Shown: positions 46,038 through 59,077 of the stretch, in pieces | Layout: each line of letters starts with the position of its first letter | How positions within the stretch are numbered: the stretch's first letter is position 1 | Assembly: GCA_020891255.1 (NCBI GenBank) | Contig: BQFW01000003.1 | Location: forward strand, 620,001 to 684,000 | DNA from: Entomortierella parvispora E1425 | Lineage: Eukaryota; Fungi; Mortierellomycota | DNA length: 64,000 nt | Reading direction: 5' to 3' | Notes under the pieces: model-generated | Database searches by the model: none | Told to the model about the DNA's origin: nothing | What the model saw: only the letters and a program-made list of their open reading frames with translations | Made by a program: the position numbers and the translations under genes

Positions 46038-46619
46038 TTAGAGTTGGAACGAGACCAGCTTGTTCATCTGATCGTCGTCACAGACAGAGGGCATCATCCA
46101 CGGTGACAGTGAGTTGCCTCTCAAAGGACGACTCGTACTTGACGCCGTTGTCGTCGTCGTTGCCTTTGAGGAGGAGTGTGCGGCGGTGGTGGTGTGGAAG
46201 GGATCCTGAAGCATCGATTCCGGGGTCGAAGGTGGACTACTAGCCGGACTACTATCACAACTGTTGGATTGACTTGATGATGATGACTGAGTCAATCCAG
46301 GGAGCAAATGAGCGCCGGAGGAGGCTGTTCGGATCATACGGGACATGGTCGAGAACATGGAAGAGGAAGAAGGGACCGGGACCGGGACGGCACTCGTTGT
46401 GGTCATTTTTAGAGGCTGTTGTTGTTCACTGTTCATTGTTGAACTTGAGAGGGTCGAGAAGAGCTTTGGTTTTGAGGCTGCGTTGACGGTGGATGTGCTT
46501 GTTGTCGAAGAAGAGGAAGTGAGGGTTGAATTCTTGCACGGACGAGCGTGGAAGTGTATCGAAGGGTCTGCAACGTCGAGAAGAAAAGACATGATTAGGT
46601 GAGGAGTGTATGTGTTCAA
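46038..46619 (-). CDS. Small S/T-rich hypothetical protein (193 aa, or 184 from the second Met)
   Basis: Single ORF in an otherwise gene-free 2.8-kb interval. Composition resembles other coding low-complexity regions in this window. No recognisable domain. Confidence 0.5.
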   Translation of the reverse strand: MNTYTPHLIMSFLLDVADPSIHFHARPCKNSTLTSSSSTTSTSTVNAASKPKLFSTLSSSTMNSEQQQPLKMTTTSAVPVPVPSSSSMFSTMSRMIRTASSGAHLLPGLTQSSSSSQSNSCDSSPASSPPSTPESMLQDPFHTTTAAHSSSKATTTTTASSTSRPLRGNSLSPWMMPSVCDDDQMNKLVSFQL

Positions 46620-46623
46620 GAAG

Positions 46624-46780
46624 GGTGTGGGGGTGTGGGGGTGTGGGGGTGAAGGGATGTGGCAGTCTAGAGTCTAGAGTCTAGGAAGGTGGGTGGGGTA
46701 GGGTGGGGTAGTGAGGAAGGAAGTGAATAAAGAAAAGAGAAGTAGGATGGATGGATGGATGAATGAATGAATGAATGCAT
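46624..46780 (+). repeat. Cluster of short tandem repeats: (GGTGTGGG)3, (GTCTAGA)~3, (GGGTGGGGTA)2, (GGAT)n(GAAT)n
   Basis: Read directly, immediately upstream of the 46619 ATG. Confidence 0.85.
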
Positions 46781-47323
46781 GCACCCCGACTGGACTGCTG
46801 TTGACTGTCCGAGTGAAAAAGTATTTTTAGTCATAAAGCCTGGGACCGTTGTTCGACTGCCTTTTGAGGAAGGAGACAGAGAGCACGGGCCAGAGAGCGC
46901 ACAAGGGAGTGGACCCCGATCGTTTGGCTGGCTGGCTGTGGGTGGACTGGCCGGATTGGACTCGGCTCATCTCATCTCTCTCTTTCCTTTCACTCCGCAT
47001 GGTGGAGGTCCCCTCTTTGGTTTGCCCGCACCGCACTCAGCTCTCGTAGCGCTCTTTTACTGTTCATATTTTTGCATCGTGTCCGATCGGGCCATGTCTG
47101 TTTCTGTGTCTGTTTGTCGGTTCCTGCATCATTTCATTCCATTTTTAGTCGCAACAAACACTCAAAAGTGAAACAGGCAACGGTCGCAGATAGTCAGAGA
47201 GAGCCATGCTTGAAAGCCCCACTGGTCCAGCGATGCAATGATTGACCTTTTTTTTGTAATTTCGGTAGTTTCTAATATCATAATAATAGATCGTATATTT
47301 ATTTACTTTTTTTTTACAGTTGT

Positions 47324-50300
47324 CTATTCAATCCGCACGCTCAACACCTGGCTGACTTCCTTCACCACCCGCGACACCAACACAGCCACCGCCACCGTTA
47401 CCAACACCAAGTCCATCATCAACAGCGCGCTCGCCTGCAACATGAACCGGGGTGCAAACACCTTCCACACCATCAGGTGGCGTCTAAACATCCCGCCGGT
47501 AAAGAACATGTTGGCCACCAACACCAGCGATTGGTGCATCATCATCATCAGACACAACCGCGTCAATTCTGGGAAAAGAACCAACTTTCCAAACTTGTCC
47601 GCCTTGGGTGAATGCTTCCACAACACAATCAAGGGCAACGCGGTTGCGCACAGAATAAAAGGCCCAAGCGTGTTCACCACCACCAGAATCGGCGAGAACA
47701 CAAAGTTCAAAGTCTGGACCCCCACAAAGGCCGATGACCACTGGATCGAGGACAGCGTCGCCTGATGACCCGTGGCAAAGAAATGGAGGTTGCCCAACAG
47801 AGACAACACCACGGTTGGCAACAGCAGGTTCATCGTGGGTGCCTTGGCCTGCCTGGCCAAGAGCTCAGCGGGTGTAGGACCTACTACAGGTTTGGTTGCG
47901 TCGACAGGTTCTTCCTTGTACTCCAATCCTTGGATGCTGGCCGCAGCCCTCTCCACCAGCTTGGCCTCCATCTCTGCCTCGGCCTTAGCCGCCATTGCAG
48001 CAGTGTCAGCTTGGAGCCTCTCCAAAAGGTTGCGTTTCCAGATGGCATGCTCCGCATCTCTCCAAATGTCTACCAACTCAATCAAACAGGCAATTTGGGC
48101 CATACCAAATGTCAAAACGATCGCACCCAAAGGTTTTTGCGTCAAAGATGCAAACAAAAACATCATGGTCAATGCCACAAAGTAGCTCGATCCGAATGCA
48201 TTGGCGTAGCCAAGAATGTAGATCTGGCGCTTCGTAGTTGGTGTAGTCGCGGCTGATCCTGAGGCTTTCTTGCTCTTGCTGCTAGCTGCAGGCCGCTGAG
48301 GATCCTCTGTGGGTACTTCCACAGTCTGGATGTCCATGCAGAGTGGACTTGGCCACCAAGCGACTGGGCCCACAATGGCTGCCAGTCCAAAGGCGATCCG
48401 AACCAAGGTAGTCTTGATCCACATGTAGTGACCTGTTGTGTTACCGATCCCTGCCATAAGAGCTTCTTGAGTGTTGCCACTGTTGACGGTCCTGCTTCCA
48501 TCGGCTTTGGAACCCTCAAAGTCGAGAACGGCGTAAAGTGCACCGAGGATGATGCCTGCACGAAGACCAAAATCGATCCAAATAATGGCAATGCCACTCA
48601 TAGACTTTGTCTCACCAAGGAGCTTGCGAAACAAATAGGGTGTGATCGCTCCACTAGCTACCAACATGACCATCGACCACTGAGAAGGAACAGATTGTTG
48701 AGCTGACACATAGTAGGTAGGCTTGCAAAGGTCTCCTTGTTCCTCGCGACAAACGGTCGAGGTCGACAACACGCGAGTCATCACCATAAACGACAAGGTC
48801 AAAATTACAGCCCTGATCCTAGCAGCCTTCTCCGGGACTCGAAGCGAAAACAACAGTCCAATCACTCCAAAGGTTTGGAGGAATCCAATGACGAATGTGC
48901 TCTCATGGACGATGTAGGAGTTGGAGGCAAAGATCAAACAGTTCACGAAAATGAACAGACAGGCCAAGAATCCTGACAGTGGTGGCCATCGGATCTTGGA
49001 AAGGACATTCCAGCTCTTCAGTTTACCAAACGACTTGGCATTCATCGACAAGCAGATCAAGAATCCCAAGATCGAAAAGGCCGACATGGAAAAGATCATA
49101 ATGTCAACCAGACCAACTGACGATTCCTGCACAGTCTGGAATTTGAAGAGCAATGGACGAAGGTGGCGAGACAGACCAATGCCCACCAGAGTCCCTCCGG
49201 CAAGAAAACGCTCCAAGCTGGGAGGTATACCAGTCGATCGGAAGACAGTAATTTGAAGCAACAGACAGAGGCAGCTGACCAGCAGAATGCCTCCTCCAGC
49301 CGACATGAGCAGGACATCAAAATGGGCCCAGATCCTCTTGCAAGAGCTGAGCGAAGTCCTGAGGAAATCAGAGTAGAGTCTCAATGCCTGGACCAAAGTT
49401 GCAGGAACGTTATCCTCGCTTGAGCTCTTGAGATATTGCTCGGCATATTCAAACTTGTATCCAAACTCCATGTCCATAGCAAGCGCAATGTCGGATGTTG
49501 GGTGAAGATCCTTGTAAGATTCGAAATAAGTGGCGACTTGAGCAGCGTTCAACCGCATGGCTCTCAACAGTTGGCGGATAGATTGCTGGGGATCCTTGGC
49601 TGACAAGAACAACTCCGGAATGACAGATCCAAGATTGTTGAAAGGGATAGGAAGGCCCAAAAGCAGTGATAACGTCGGAACCAGATCGATTTGTGACACC
49701 TTTCTGTACACTTGTCCTCCGACAGGTTTGGTGTATTGAAGCAAATCGCCCAATGCGAATCGATCCAGCAGACTGGCGTCCAAGAGCTTCCGTTTTGAGT
49801 ACATGATTAAGCCAGCTTCAACTTCGTCATCACTGTCACCTCCATGATCGCCATGCCCGTTCATGCCGTGATCGCCCATAATGACCACCAAGGTGTCGTC
49901 AGAGACACTTTCAAGGACTCTTTCCAATTGTGCGTTCATTTGCTCCAACTTGACAGCCATATGGGGATCGTTGGGTCCATAAGTGTGTCCACAATGATCC
50001 ACGCCCAAAAAGTGCGCAATAAGCAGATCCCACTTTGACTGATCCTCCAGCGCAGGTCCCAATTCCTGGATCACACCATTGTCAAGAGTATCCAAATCGT
50101 GTGTGTCCAAAGAGGGGAAGGCCTGTGAGTTGTTGGCTGTAAGAACAGTGGGGAACAATCCAGCCCAAGTGTCGTCGCCCATGAAGCGGATCCTGTCGCC
50201 TCCACGCGAAGACTCAAACTGGGACAACCAGTTATCTTCCTTCAAGGCCGAAGACGCAAAGTTGGATCCTGCATCAATGATGGTTGGCAAGGTGCCTGTG

Positions 50301-50972
50301 GTCAGGGCCTTGAGCCGTTGGAGGGTCGTTGTGGGTGGATCGGCCACAAATTGAAAGACGAGGGTGTTATCGGGCTTATCCTGGAGCAGGCTGTGGATCA
50401 CGGGAAGTTTGTTGAGGTAGTGGGGTTCTGGTTCACCCGTTGCCAAGTCTGGATGAGGCACCACAAAGCTGGAGGAGAAATGGAAGGTGAGGAATCCATC
50501 GAATAAGTAAATCTTTCCATGTCGCGAATGCCATCTTTTCTTCCTTTTCTTTTTTCTATCTTTGTACAGTCTAGAGAGAAGAGACGTCGACTTACTCAAA
50601 GCGAAGGGCATCAATGATGATCACGACTGCCTTCTTGTACTGCTGAGGGTACCAACACCCGTCCGAGCCCAGCATTCCTCCAGACAGGGCTGATTCGTCC
50701 ATGTTGGTGACCTTGCATTCGCTTTTAGAGTCGAGCACTGATCTCGAGAGAAGGAATCCTCGGGTAAAGAGATAGATGGCGCCGACATGGATCAGAAAAA
50801 CCCACAGTAGCAACTTGGCAAGTCGAGTGCTGGGTGAGCGTTCCTTGTTCTTCTTGTCCTTGGAATCCTCTTGTGCTGAAATTCGAGCGCGTAATGATGC
50901 TGGGTTCAGTTGCCGTGGCTGGGGCAGAGTCTGTGCGTGTGCCTGTTTCACGGCCTGTATCCGATCAGCCAT
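47324..50972 (-). CDS. GPI13: GPI ethanolamine phosphate transferase 3 (Gpi13/PIG-O), ~1173 aa; exons 50972-50596, 50468-47324
   Basis: IHVGAIYLFTRGFLLSR, AVVIIIDALRF|DF, FVADPPTTTLQRLKALTTGTLPTIIDAGSNF, FMGDDTW, HFLGVDHCGH, MGDHGM..GDHGGDS, QIDLVPTLSLLLGLPIPFNNLG, FFATGHQATLSSIQW, RRHLMVWKVFAPRF. Confidence 0.95.
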
Positions 50973-51422
50973 TGTGAAGGAAAGGGAGGAAGAGGGAGGG
51001 AGTGTGTGCCAGGCAGAGGCAACAGGCAGGATAGAGGGAGGAGATAAGAGGTGAAGGAAATGAAGCAATGAGATGGATGTTAAAGTGCAAGTGATGGAAG
51101 AACGGGCAAATGAAGAAAACCTGGGTTTCCCTGGATACAAAAGAATGTCTATTAAAATATAAAATATTTACCCTGATAAATTTATTCAACGAAGTACATG
51201 GATCACCAGCGGTGCTGCCAGAGCGTGTATGATGCCAAAGCACAACATCGCGTTGCTACTAGTCTTTGATAATGGTTGTAGGAATCGGGTCGTTCCTCGA
51301 AAAGCCCACAGTCGAGTTGAGAGTGATCGTCTTGATATGCAGAAGATTGAATACGAGGGTGAAGAAATAGGCCGATGAAAAGGGTGCGGAGCAATTTATT
51401 AGAGGCTTTATATCTCTGCCTT

Positions 51423-54400
51423 TCAGTTGCAGTCGACGGTTGTCGCCTGTGCACTCATGTCAAACATGTAGGTGTCTCCATTCATGTCTAAAAGACCAAG
51501 TCCATTGGGGTTATTTTTGCGCTTGCTGCTGCTAAATGGTACCTCCCCCTTTCTCATCTTCACGTATCTTTCTTCCAGATTGGGAGGTCGAGGAGTGTCG
51601 ACTTCTTTGTCGTGCTCTGCAGACGAATCTTTCGAGCATGATTTGCCGGGGGTCAGCGTCCTGGATCCCAGCCCGAGTCCCTCCAGAACGACCCGTAAAG
51701 ACTCCTTTCCATCCGGGACACGATTTGCAAACACAACGCGTATGCTTCGATACAGATACACGTAGCCAGGAGCCGGACAGCAAAATTGGAGATGGATGGC
51801 ATACCGCAGTGTTCCTCCGTTTTGAGCCGAAGCCGATAAGGGTCCCATGCCAGGACCAGTCGAGTAATGCTTTTGGCGAAGGAATGTCTTCGTCCCTGGG
51901 GGCATGTCCGTAAAGTCATATGGAACCAAGAATACCTTGACCACAGTCTTGTTGGGATTCTTAATCATCACTTGGACCTGTCCGCGCAAGGGGAGACGCA
52001 TGCCTCCCGGCATCCTAGCAAAGCGACGTGAGCCTCTAAAGCCACTATCCAGATCCAGATTCCCGACATAAGGCAGGACAGGGTCATCTTGGGTAGTAGG
52101 TACAGAGTGAGAGATATGATGCAGTGTTGAACCCTGCCCTGATCCATGAGATAGTGTCGAGTTGCCACCATGTGGGAAGAAGGAGCCCAACACTGGCGAA
52201 CTTGAGAAAGATCCGAGAGAATGCAGCGACCCCATCGAGTGAAACGACGGGCTAATCGAGGCATGGTGTCCAAACGAGTGGCTATGACCCGGTTTTGAAT
52301 GAACAGTATGACTTGGTAGAGTTTGATGAAGAGAGTGAAGACCCGAGAACGAGTGAGAGTGCGAAAGAGAGTGCGAGTTGGAATGCGAATGGGACAGCGA
52401 GTTGGAATGGGGGTGCATCGATGACTGCTGTCCATTTCGCACTCTAGACGAGCTGTCATAGTCATAAAAGACTGCAGGGAACTCGAGCTGGACGTGCTTC
52501 GGACATCTTAGTTTCGGTGGACAATCCTTGTAGTCCTGATTTGCCAATGCACCGATTTGGGCCGTAAATATCAAAGGTTTGGAAGGCAATGTCGACATTC
52601 TCCCAGAGAGAATCGACTCTTCATATGACCCAACAAGCGAGCCGAACAAGTCGCCATGGGAGGTTGATATCGGGTTCAATGAGCTTCTCCTAAGGAAGGA
52701 GGGCCGTGGGGGCGATTGTCCGGACAACATATGGTCATCCAATTCGAACGATGGTCCAGGTCCTTGAAATGAAGCACGTCGACGGACATGTCCAGGTGGG
52801 AACACAAATGCGTCATGCTGATCCTTCTGCTCCTGTGGCAAAGACTCGGAAGCAAGAGGACTTTGAGGACGGGTTGGATCCGGTGAATCATCGTTACAAT
52901 TCGTTACAATGGAGAGTCTGGAGGATCTGCGACGCGTAATAACGTGAGCCAAGGGTGATGTCGAGACAGGGTGATGAGAACTGTGGTGGTAATGTTGTCC
53001 TGCAAAAGGGGGACTTTGCTGCAAAGACTGGGACTGAGACTTTGGTGGAATAAAGTCCACATTCTTGGGGGTTCTCTCCAAAAGAGAAGAGGGATGACTA
53101 TGGAGATGTTCATCAGCAATGGTACTTGGGCGTTTTGACTGTGGTATCGACTGCGGGGATGAGGGGGGCGGTGGAAATTGATAAGCAGACATCCTCTCCT
53201 GATTTTCGCTCGACAGTGGAAGATCATTCTTCGGCAAAAGCGAGTCTTGAAGAATGCTTGGTACTTCCTTTTGATCGCCTTCACCGAGGAGTCTCGCATC
53301 CAATTTAGCCCGAGAGGATGTCAGTGATGAAAACAGTCGATCGCCATTCCGCTTCAAAGACTGCAATCTTGCATGAAGTTGTTCCTGTGGGCTTGGAACA
53401 GGAGACGAGGGCCGCTGACTACCTGGGCTTATACGAGGTGATGGATCTTGTGGTACTGGAATCTCCTGCGTGGGCGTCACGTCGCCACCAGATCCCTTTG
53501 ATATTGATTCCGTGGTCAGACCTCCAGATTCGTTATCCTGCGTACGCTGGGTCGGTGATACTGGTGGTATACTTCGCTGAGTCCATAACGTTGACTGCGA
53601 TCTGTGTTTTCTCCTTTCAGCCTTTGCTTCTGAATCGACGGATGAGGACGTCGTTTTGCTTTTGTGATGTTTCTTTTGTGTCTTCGTCAGATCCTGAAAG
53701 TCCTTAGGATCAATTCTATTGCCGACAGATTCATCGTACATGCCAGTGACGCGAACGCAACCCCACTGAACATGCGAAGCCTCAAAGTTGATAACTTTAA
53801 GCGATGCGGACTGAACAAACTCGAGCGGGAGTGTCGACTTTAGCGACGAGGCGAACTCCGTGTACTGGAGCTCGGACGGATCAGTAATTGGCGCATCGCT
53901 TTCATCTTCCAGCGAGTAGTTGGAGGGGTTATGTTGACGCACATGTGTGATCTCTTCGTGCGCTGAAGTGATAGAGTAGGCCAAGTCGGCCTTGGTAAGC
54001 TTTGTCTTTTCTTCAAATGAAGTCAGACAACTCTGCAGCGGAAGAGATCGAATTTGGGTGTAGAGAGACTGCAGTAGAAGGACAAGATCGGTCGTGTCTT
54101 TGCGTGGCGCAGCCAATGTCGTGGGTGATAGAGATCCTGGGTATGGTCCCACCTGCTGCTGATGAGGTTTTGTTTTTGGCGAAAGTACTGCAGCGAGGGT
54201 GTTTCTTGAACTATTTTTATGAGATTGAACGATGAGGTAAATAATAGCGGAAGGACAGGTTAGACATAGTTGGATCACATCGTCGCAGAGGAGCTAAAGG
54301 GGTTTATGGTGGGCTGAGTGGCAGTAGACGTAGAAAACTTTCTCCAATTGTCCTTCTAATAGCCACCACTGCATACCTTGGTTCGTTCAGAGGAGACATG

Positions 54401-55657
54401 GGACTTGATGTCGATGCTGCCGGCGTATAAGAAATCACCCAACGCTCCAACAGTACATGTTGCTCAGAATGCAACACATTGACATGCACTGGCGTATTGC
54501 TCTTCCAGAGATCCAGATCCTGCAGCGCCAGCTCCAGATTCTGTTGATGGGGAGGGTATTTTAATCCGTAAAGCGAGTCCTCAGTGCCACTGCCACACAG
54601 AGATATAGATGTTGGGGCTGGTCGTGAAACTGTTCGGGCTTTGATAATGATCTGTCCAATTTTGGAGATGAACTCCATCACTTCCGGGTCAGGGCCATGT
54701 GGTAGAGAAGAGGCTAGCCTCTGCCCACATCCAATGTTGGGACTTAGGCTACTGTTGCTGGAACCATATTGGTGCCGGGGCAAATGATGCTGATGACCTC
54801 CAGCCCGATCGTGAGTGACATGGATATCGGGCGAACCTGTTATAGTCCCGGCTGAGGCGGAATATCCGGCAGAAGACTGAGAGGGCCCCAGAAAAACATT
54901 CGAGGCGGGCATGGTATCTAGGGAACATGCAAGGGAGTTAGTGGTTTGGAGTCACCGGTGTTTGCTGGTTTGATGCTTGCGTTCTCCTCTATCCCTAGTT
55001 GCTCCCGTCGATTCCGCCCCTTTGCTCCACACAAACACACAAACACACAAACACACAAACAAAAGCAAATAACCAGCTGCACTCCTGGTTCATGCCATGC
55101 ATTGAGGACAGCAAAGAAGCCCAAAAGGATGCCGATATTTCAGCATGCCCATCCAGGAAGGGCGTCTCTGTATCTCTCTGCTCACCTTGTAGAACAGGGG
55201 ACTGGCTCAACTGAAGTAGGGGGTTTTGAAGGGCGCGTGGTGTTGGGTCAGAGGAGGTCGAGTGAGCAAGATGCGGTTGCCACAGCGACGAAGAACGATG
55301 TGAGGAGACAGCACCCGCTGATAGTTCCAGCCCAGTTCTTTGTCGAAGAAGAGACGAGTCGTCGCCGCTCGACGCTATGGACGATGGGGTCAAGTAGGAG
55401 GTTGAGGATGTAGAAGTCGACGGGACTGCTGAGAGAGCGGAGAGTGGCTGGTAAAGGCGCAGATGCGAGAGAGGTGAGGCGCTTCTGTTGGATATACTGG
55501 GGTCCACGTTGTTACTGCCGTTGTCGGAAGGGTGGAAAGGTTGGCAGAGAGGGTGTAGCTGCTGGTGCTGCTGCGAGTGTTGCTGCTGCGAATGCTGCTG
55601 CTGCAATGTCGGCGCAAAGTGGGTCGGAGGCGTTCGAGGAGGAGTGGGGACAGGCAT
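51423..55657 (-). CDS. FAM214/ATOS-like protein (DUF4210 + chromosome-segregation domain) with N-terminal HORMA-like region, ~1266 aa; exons 55657-55186, 54917-54377, 54210-51423
   Basis: FGSLVGSYEESILSGRMS and IFTAQIGAL...CPKHVQLEFPAVFY (DUF4210). PYVGNLDL, GQVQVMIKNPNKTVVKVFLVPYDFTDMPPGTKTFLRQK and LRYAIHLQF...YLYRSIRVVFANR (C-terminal domain). The three-exon model totals 3801 nt; the first exon is less certain. Confidence 0.85.
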
Positions 55658-56740
55658 CACTCTTTGGTTTTCAAGACCGAATGCGAGGTGGGGATGTGAG
55701 CAAAGAGGGGGGAGGGGGGTCCTAGAGGGGAGGCAGCATGGGGCGTCCGAAAGAACGATCCTGGCAAGAAATGAACAGACTGAGAGCGAAGAAGGAGGTG
55801 GGAATGAAGATGAAGGAGGCAAGCCAGTGGAATCAGATTGAAGGAACAACAAGAGGGGGAAAGAGAAAGCAATGGTCACCCATGCATGCAACTCGCTCAC
55901 GCTCCTGTCAGAAGAGAGGGGAGGAAAAAAAAAAAAAAAAGTGAGGTGACTGTCTTTGCCATTTTTAGTGGCAAAGCGTTCACCCCATGCACCTTTTCTG
56001 ACTCTTTGTCTCTTCGCTCTTGGGAATGGTGCAACAGTTTAGTCTTCAAGATATGGATCTGGACAGCTCTTGGGTGCCGGTATCAGAGACGGTCGGTCGG
56101 AGTTGGTTCGACGGCGAAAGAGAGTATCTACAGCAGAGTGATATCACAAGCAGGAAACCTTGTCCAACTGTCTTGTCGTCAAAGTTCGGATTCTGGAAGA
56201 GAACGAGGGTGAAGATCGGTGAACAATGCGTTCCTGCAGATGCTTGGACATGGTCTGTGTGTTCAACTAATCTGGTTGTGGTTGTGTCAATAACGTGTGT
56301 TCTTGTTCTTGACAGACCCTTTCCATTGACTCGCTTGTTCGGTCGCATATCGTCCCCATACCAGTTGTCCTAAATCTGTCTGACAGTCAAAGGAAGAACG
56401 GTTCCAAGCTGTTTAGACCCCTGCTATTGCGGCACCACTTGAATGGCAATGGCTAATCTGAGAACTTCAGGTGTGCACAGCAGGCGGTAGCAATGGTGGG
56501 TATCAAATCAAACGAGGTGGATGTGAGGGACTGAAAGAAAGTGCTCAGGTCAGGAACCAGTGAAGAGGGTCCAGAGCGCGTGACCACGACAAAGTCCATT
56601 TTGAGCTCACTCTGTCAAAACGAACTGCGACAACGTTTTTGCTCTTTGTTTCCTTCCCTTCTTCCTCATTTCTCTCCGTTGATTCGCTCATTGTGAATCA
56701 ATACCTCATCTCCTCTCTTACCTCCTTCCACAATACAACA

Positions 56741-58571
56741 ATGGTTCGCGCTCTCTTGGTCTCTCTCTCGGCTTCATTGGCCCTCGCCGCCACTGCTGCT
56801 GCCTACAGTTGGGACTTTGTTGACAACTCCCTTCCTGAACCGACCTTTGCAACCCAGACAGCCTGCTCCAGAGAACTCCGCGGTGTCTACGAGGATCTCT
56901 CTATCTATGCCTACTCAGCTTCTTGCTCCTTGACCACCAACATGCTCCCAGCCGAGAACAACATGCGTCAGCTCATCGTCCTTGAGCGTCAGCATCTTGA
57001 AGGCGACTCTGAGAGAGATATCCGCGAATGGAACCATGCTGTGCACGAGTCTCTTCGTGGACTCTCTGTTCCTGGACCCTATGACATTGCCGACAATGAT
57101 AGTGAAGAGTCAGCTCAGATCAGGTTCCGTTCCTTCCGTGGTCGCACTCGCGGTCACCATCGTGAGGCCTGTACTTTCACCCCAGTAGAGATGCCTGTAT
57201 CTCAACCCAAATACAGGGTTGTAGTCGGGTCCAACTGTGCCGCGGAAGAGACTCCCTATCTGATCGACAACTTGCCTTCCAACACTGAGATCCTTCCTGT
57301 TCGCACAGAGGGATTTGTTGCCCCCTTGGATAGTTTGCCCAAGGACCACCCCATCGTCTTGAAAAATAGGGCCTTAAAGCATCGCCAGGCTCTTCAGTCT
57401 CTTGTGGACCAAGTCGACGTCGAAACAATGGAGAAGGACGTCACCTGGTTGTCGGGTGAAGCACCAGGAAGTCCATTTTTGACCCGTAGCTCGACCTCGA
57501 AGCAGAGCCTGGAGGTAGCGCAGTGGCTCAAGTCGCAGTTCGAGAGCTATGGGTGCGACACCGTCGAGTTGATGCCATACCAGAACCGATTCGGACCAAA
57601 CGTTATCTGGTAAGTAAAACCACCTGCGCATGTCATTTTCAGGGATGGGCGGTGGCAAAAAGGTTGTTTGGGTCCCATGGCAAATGATAGGAGTGGACCA
57701 AATGCGGAAGCGATAGACATCCCGGTATGAGACAGGCAACCAATTAAGTTGTTCTCTCCTTCCTTTTTTTTTTTTTTTGTAGCACTTTCAAGGGCACAGA
57801 GCACCCCACCGAGCATGTCATCATCGGTGCCCATCACGACAGCCGCGGCTCGTTCCTGAACCCACGCGCCCCAGGAGCTGACGACGATGGTTCAGGTACC
57901 ACTATGCTTCTTCAGATCGCCAGGATCATCAAGGCCAATAACCTGTCTTTTGGTCGCACCTTGGTCATTGCTGCATTCTCGGGTGAAGGTATTGTCTCTC
58001 TTTTAGAACGCATGCTCATCAATGCTAAAAACCTAGCGACGCCTCTTTTTTGCCATGTTAGACTCGTTTTCAATGACTATAACTGTAATTATCATGAGCA
58101 CACATTAACATACCATCAATCTGCTCTACTATAGAGCAAGGTCTCTTTGGATCGGCCGCATTGGCCAAGAAGTTGAAGGCGTCCGGAACCACGATTACTA
58201 TGATGATCCAGGGAGATATGCTTGCCTACAGAAAGCCAGGAGAGCCTCTTCAGGTCGCTTTCCCCGCACGTTACCACACACCTGAGCTTAGTTCATTGTT
58301 GCGCAACGTGACAGAGCTTTACGTTCCTAACGCTGTTGTTGGAACCACCGGAGCCTGTTGCTCGGACCACCAATCTTTCTGGGAGGCCGGATTCCCTGCC
58401 ACAGCCTTCTTTGAGCGCAATGGACCTATTGCCGACCCGAAGTACCATAATTCTGGCGATCTTGTTTACAGAGAAGGTTATGATTTTGAGCAGCTCAAGA
58501 CCTCGGCCCAGGCGATGCTTGCTTCAGTCTTTGAGGTGGCCGAGGCCAAGGTCTCTGGAGCAGACTTGTAA
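56741..58571 (+). CDS. Secreted M28-family zinc metallo-aminopeptidase, 503 aa; exons 56741-57609, 57783-57988, 58135-58571
   Basis: Signal peptide MVRALLVSLSASLALAATAAA. M28 motifs IIGAHHDSRG, APGADDDGSG, AFSGE|EQGLFGS, MIQGDMLAY, SDHQSF, YHNSGD. Confidence 0.92.
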
Positions 58572-59077
58572 AGATACCAGTTTATCTGCTATTGAGTCCT
58601 ATACCTTTCCCACTATATATCTTTCTGTAGCTTTCTAAATATTTCTTTTTGTAAATAAATAAACCAAACGCGAGTCGCGAGCTCGAAATACATTCGCACA
58701 TTAGGGGCAGAGGTCAAGACGAGAGAGGTGTCTGTCCATCTGTCTGAGCGCCCAGGGTCCAATGCGAAGTGCTGTGTGTGATGGTGTGTGCAACTGCAAC
58801 TTGGCTGAATATCCTACCAATCTTGCCACCTCCGTGACCAAGAGAAGGAAGCATGAGCGCTCTCTCTCCCCTCTTCTCTCTCTCTCTTTCCCTCTTTCTC
58901 TTTCTCTTTCTCCCTGACTCTGCTTCGACGTTATTGCTCTCTTGAAGTCATTGACCCTCAGCTTTCTCATCCCGTCCGTCTTCTGAATCTGCATCAGTCA
59001 TCCCAAGCCCCTCACTCTCATTGGCATCTTGTGCATTCAGGGACTCCACCAGACACCAGACATCAGGGAACAACAAC

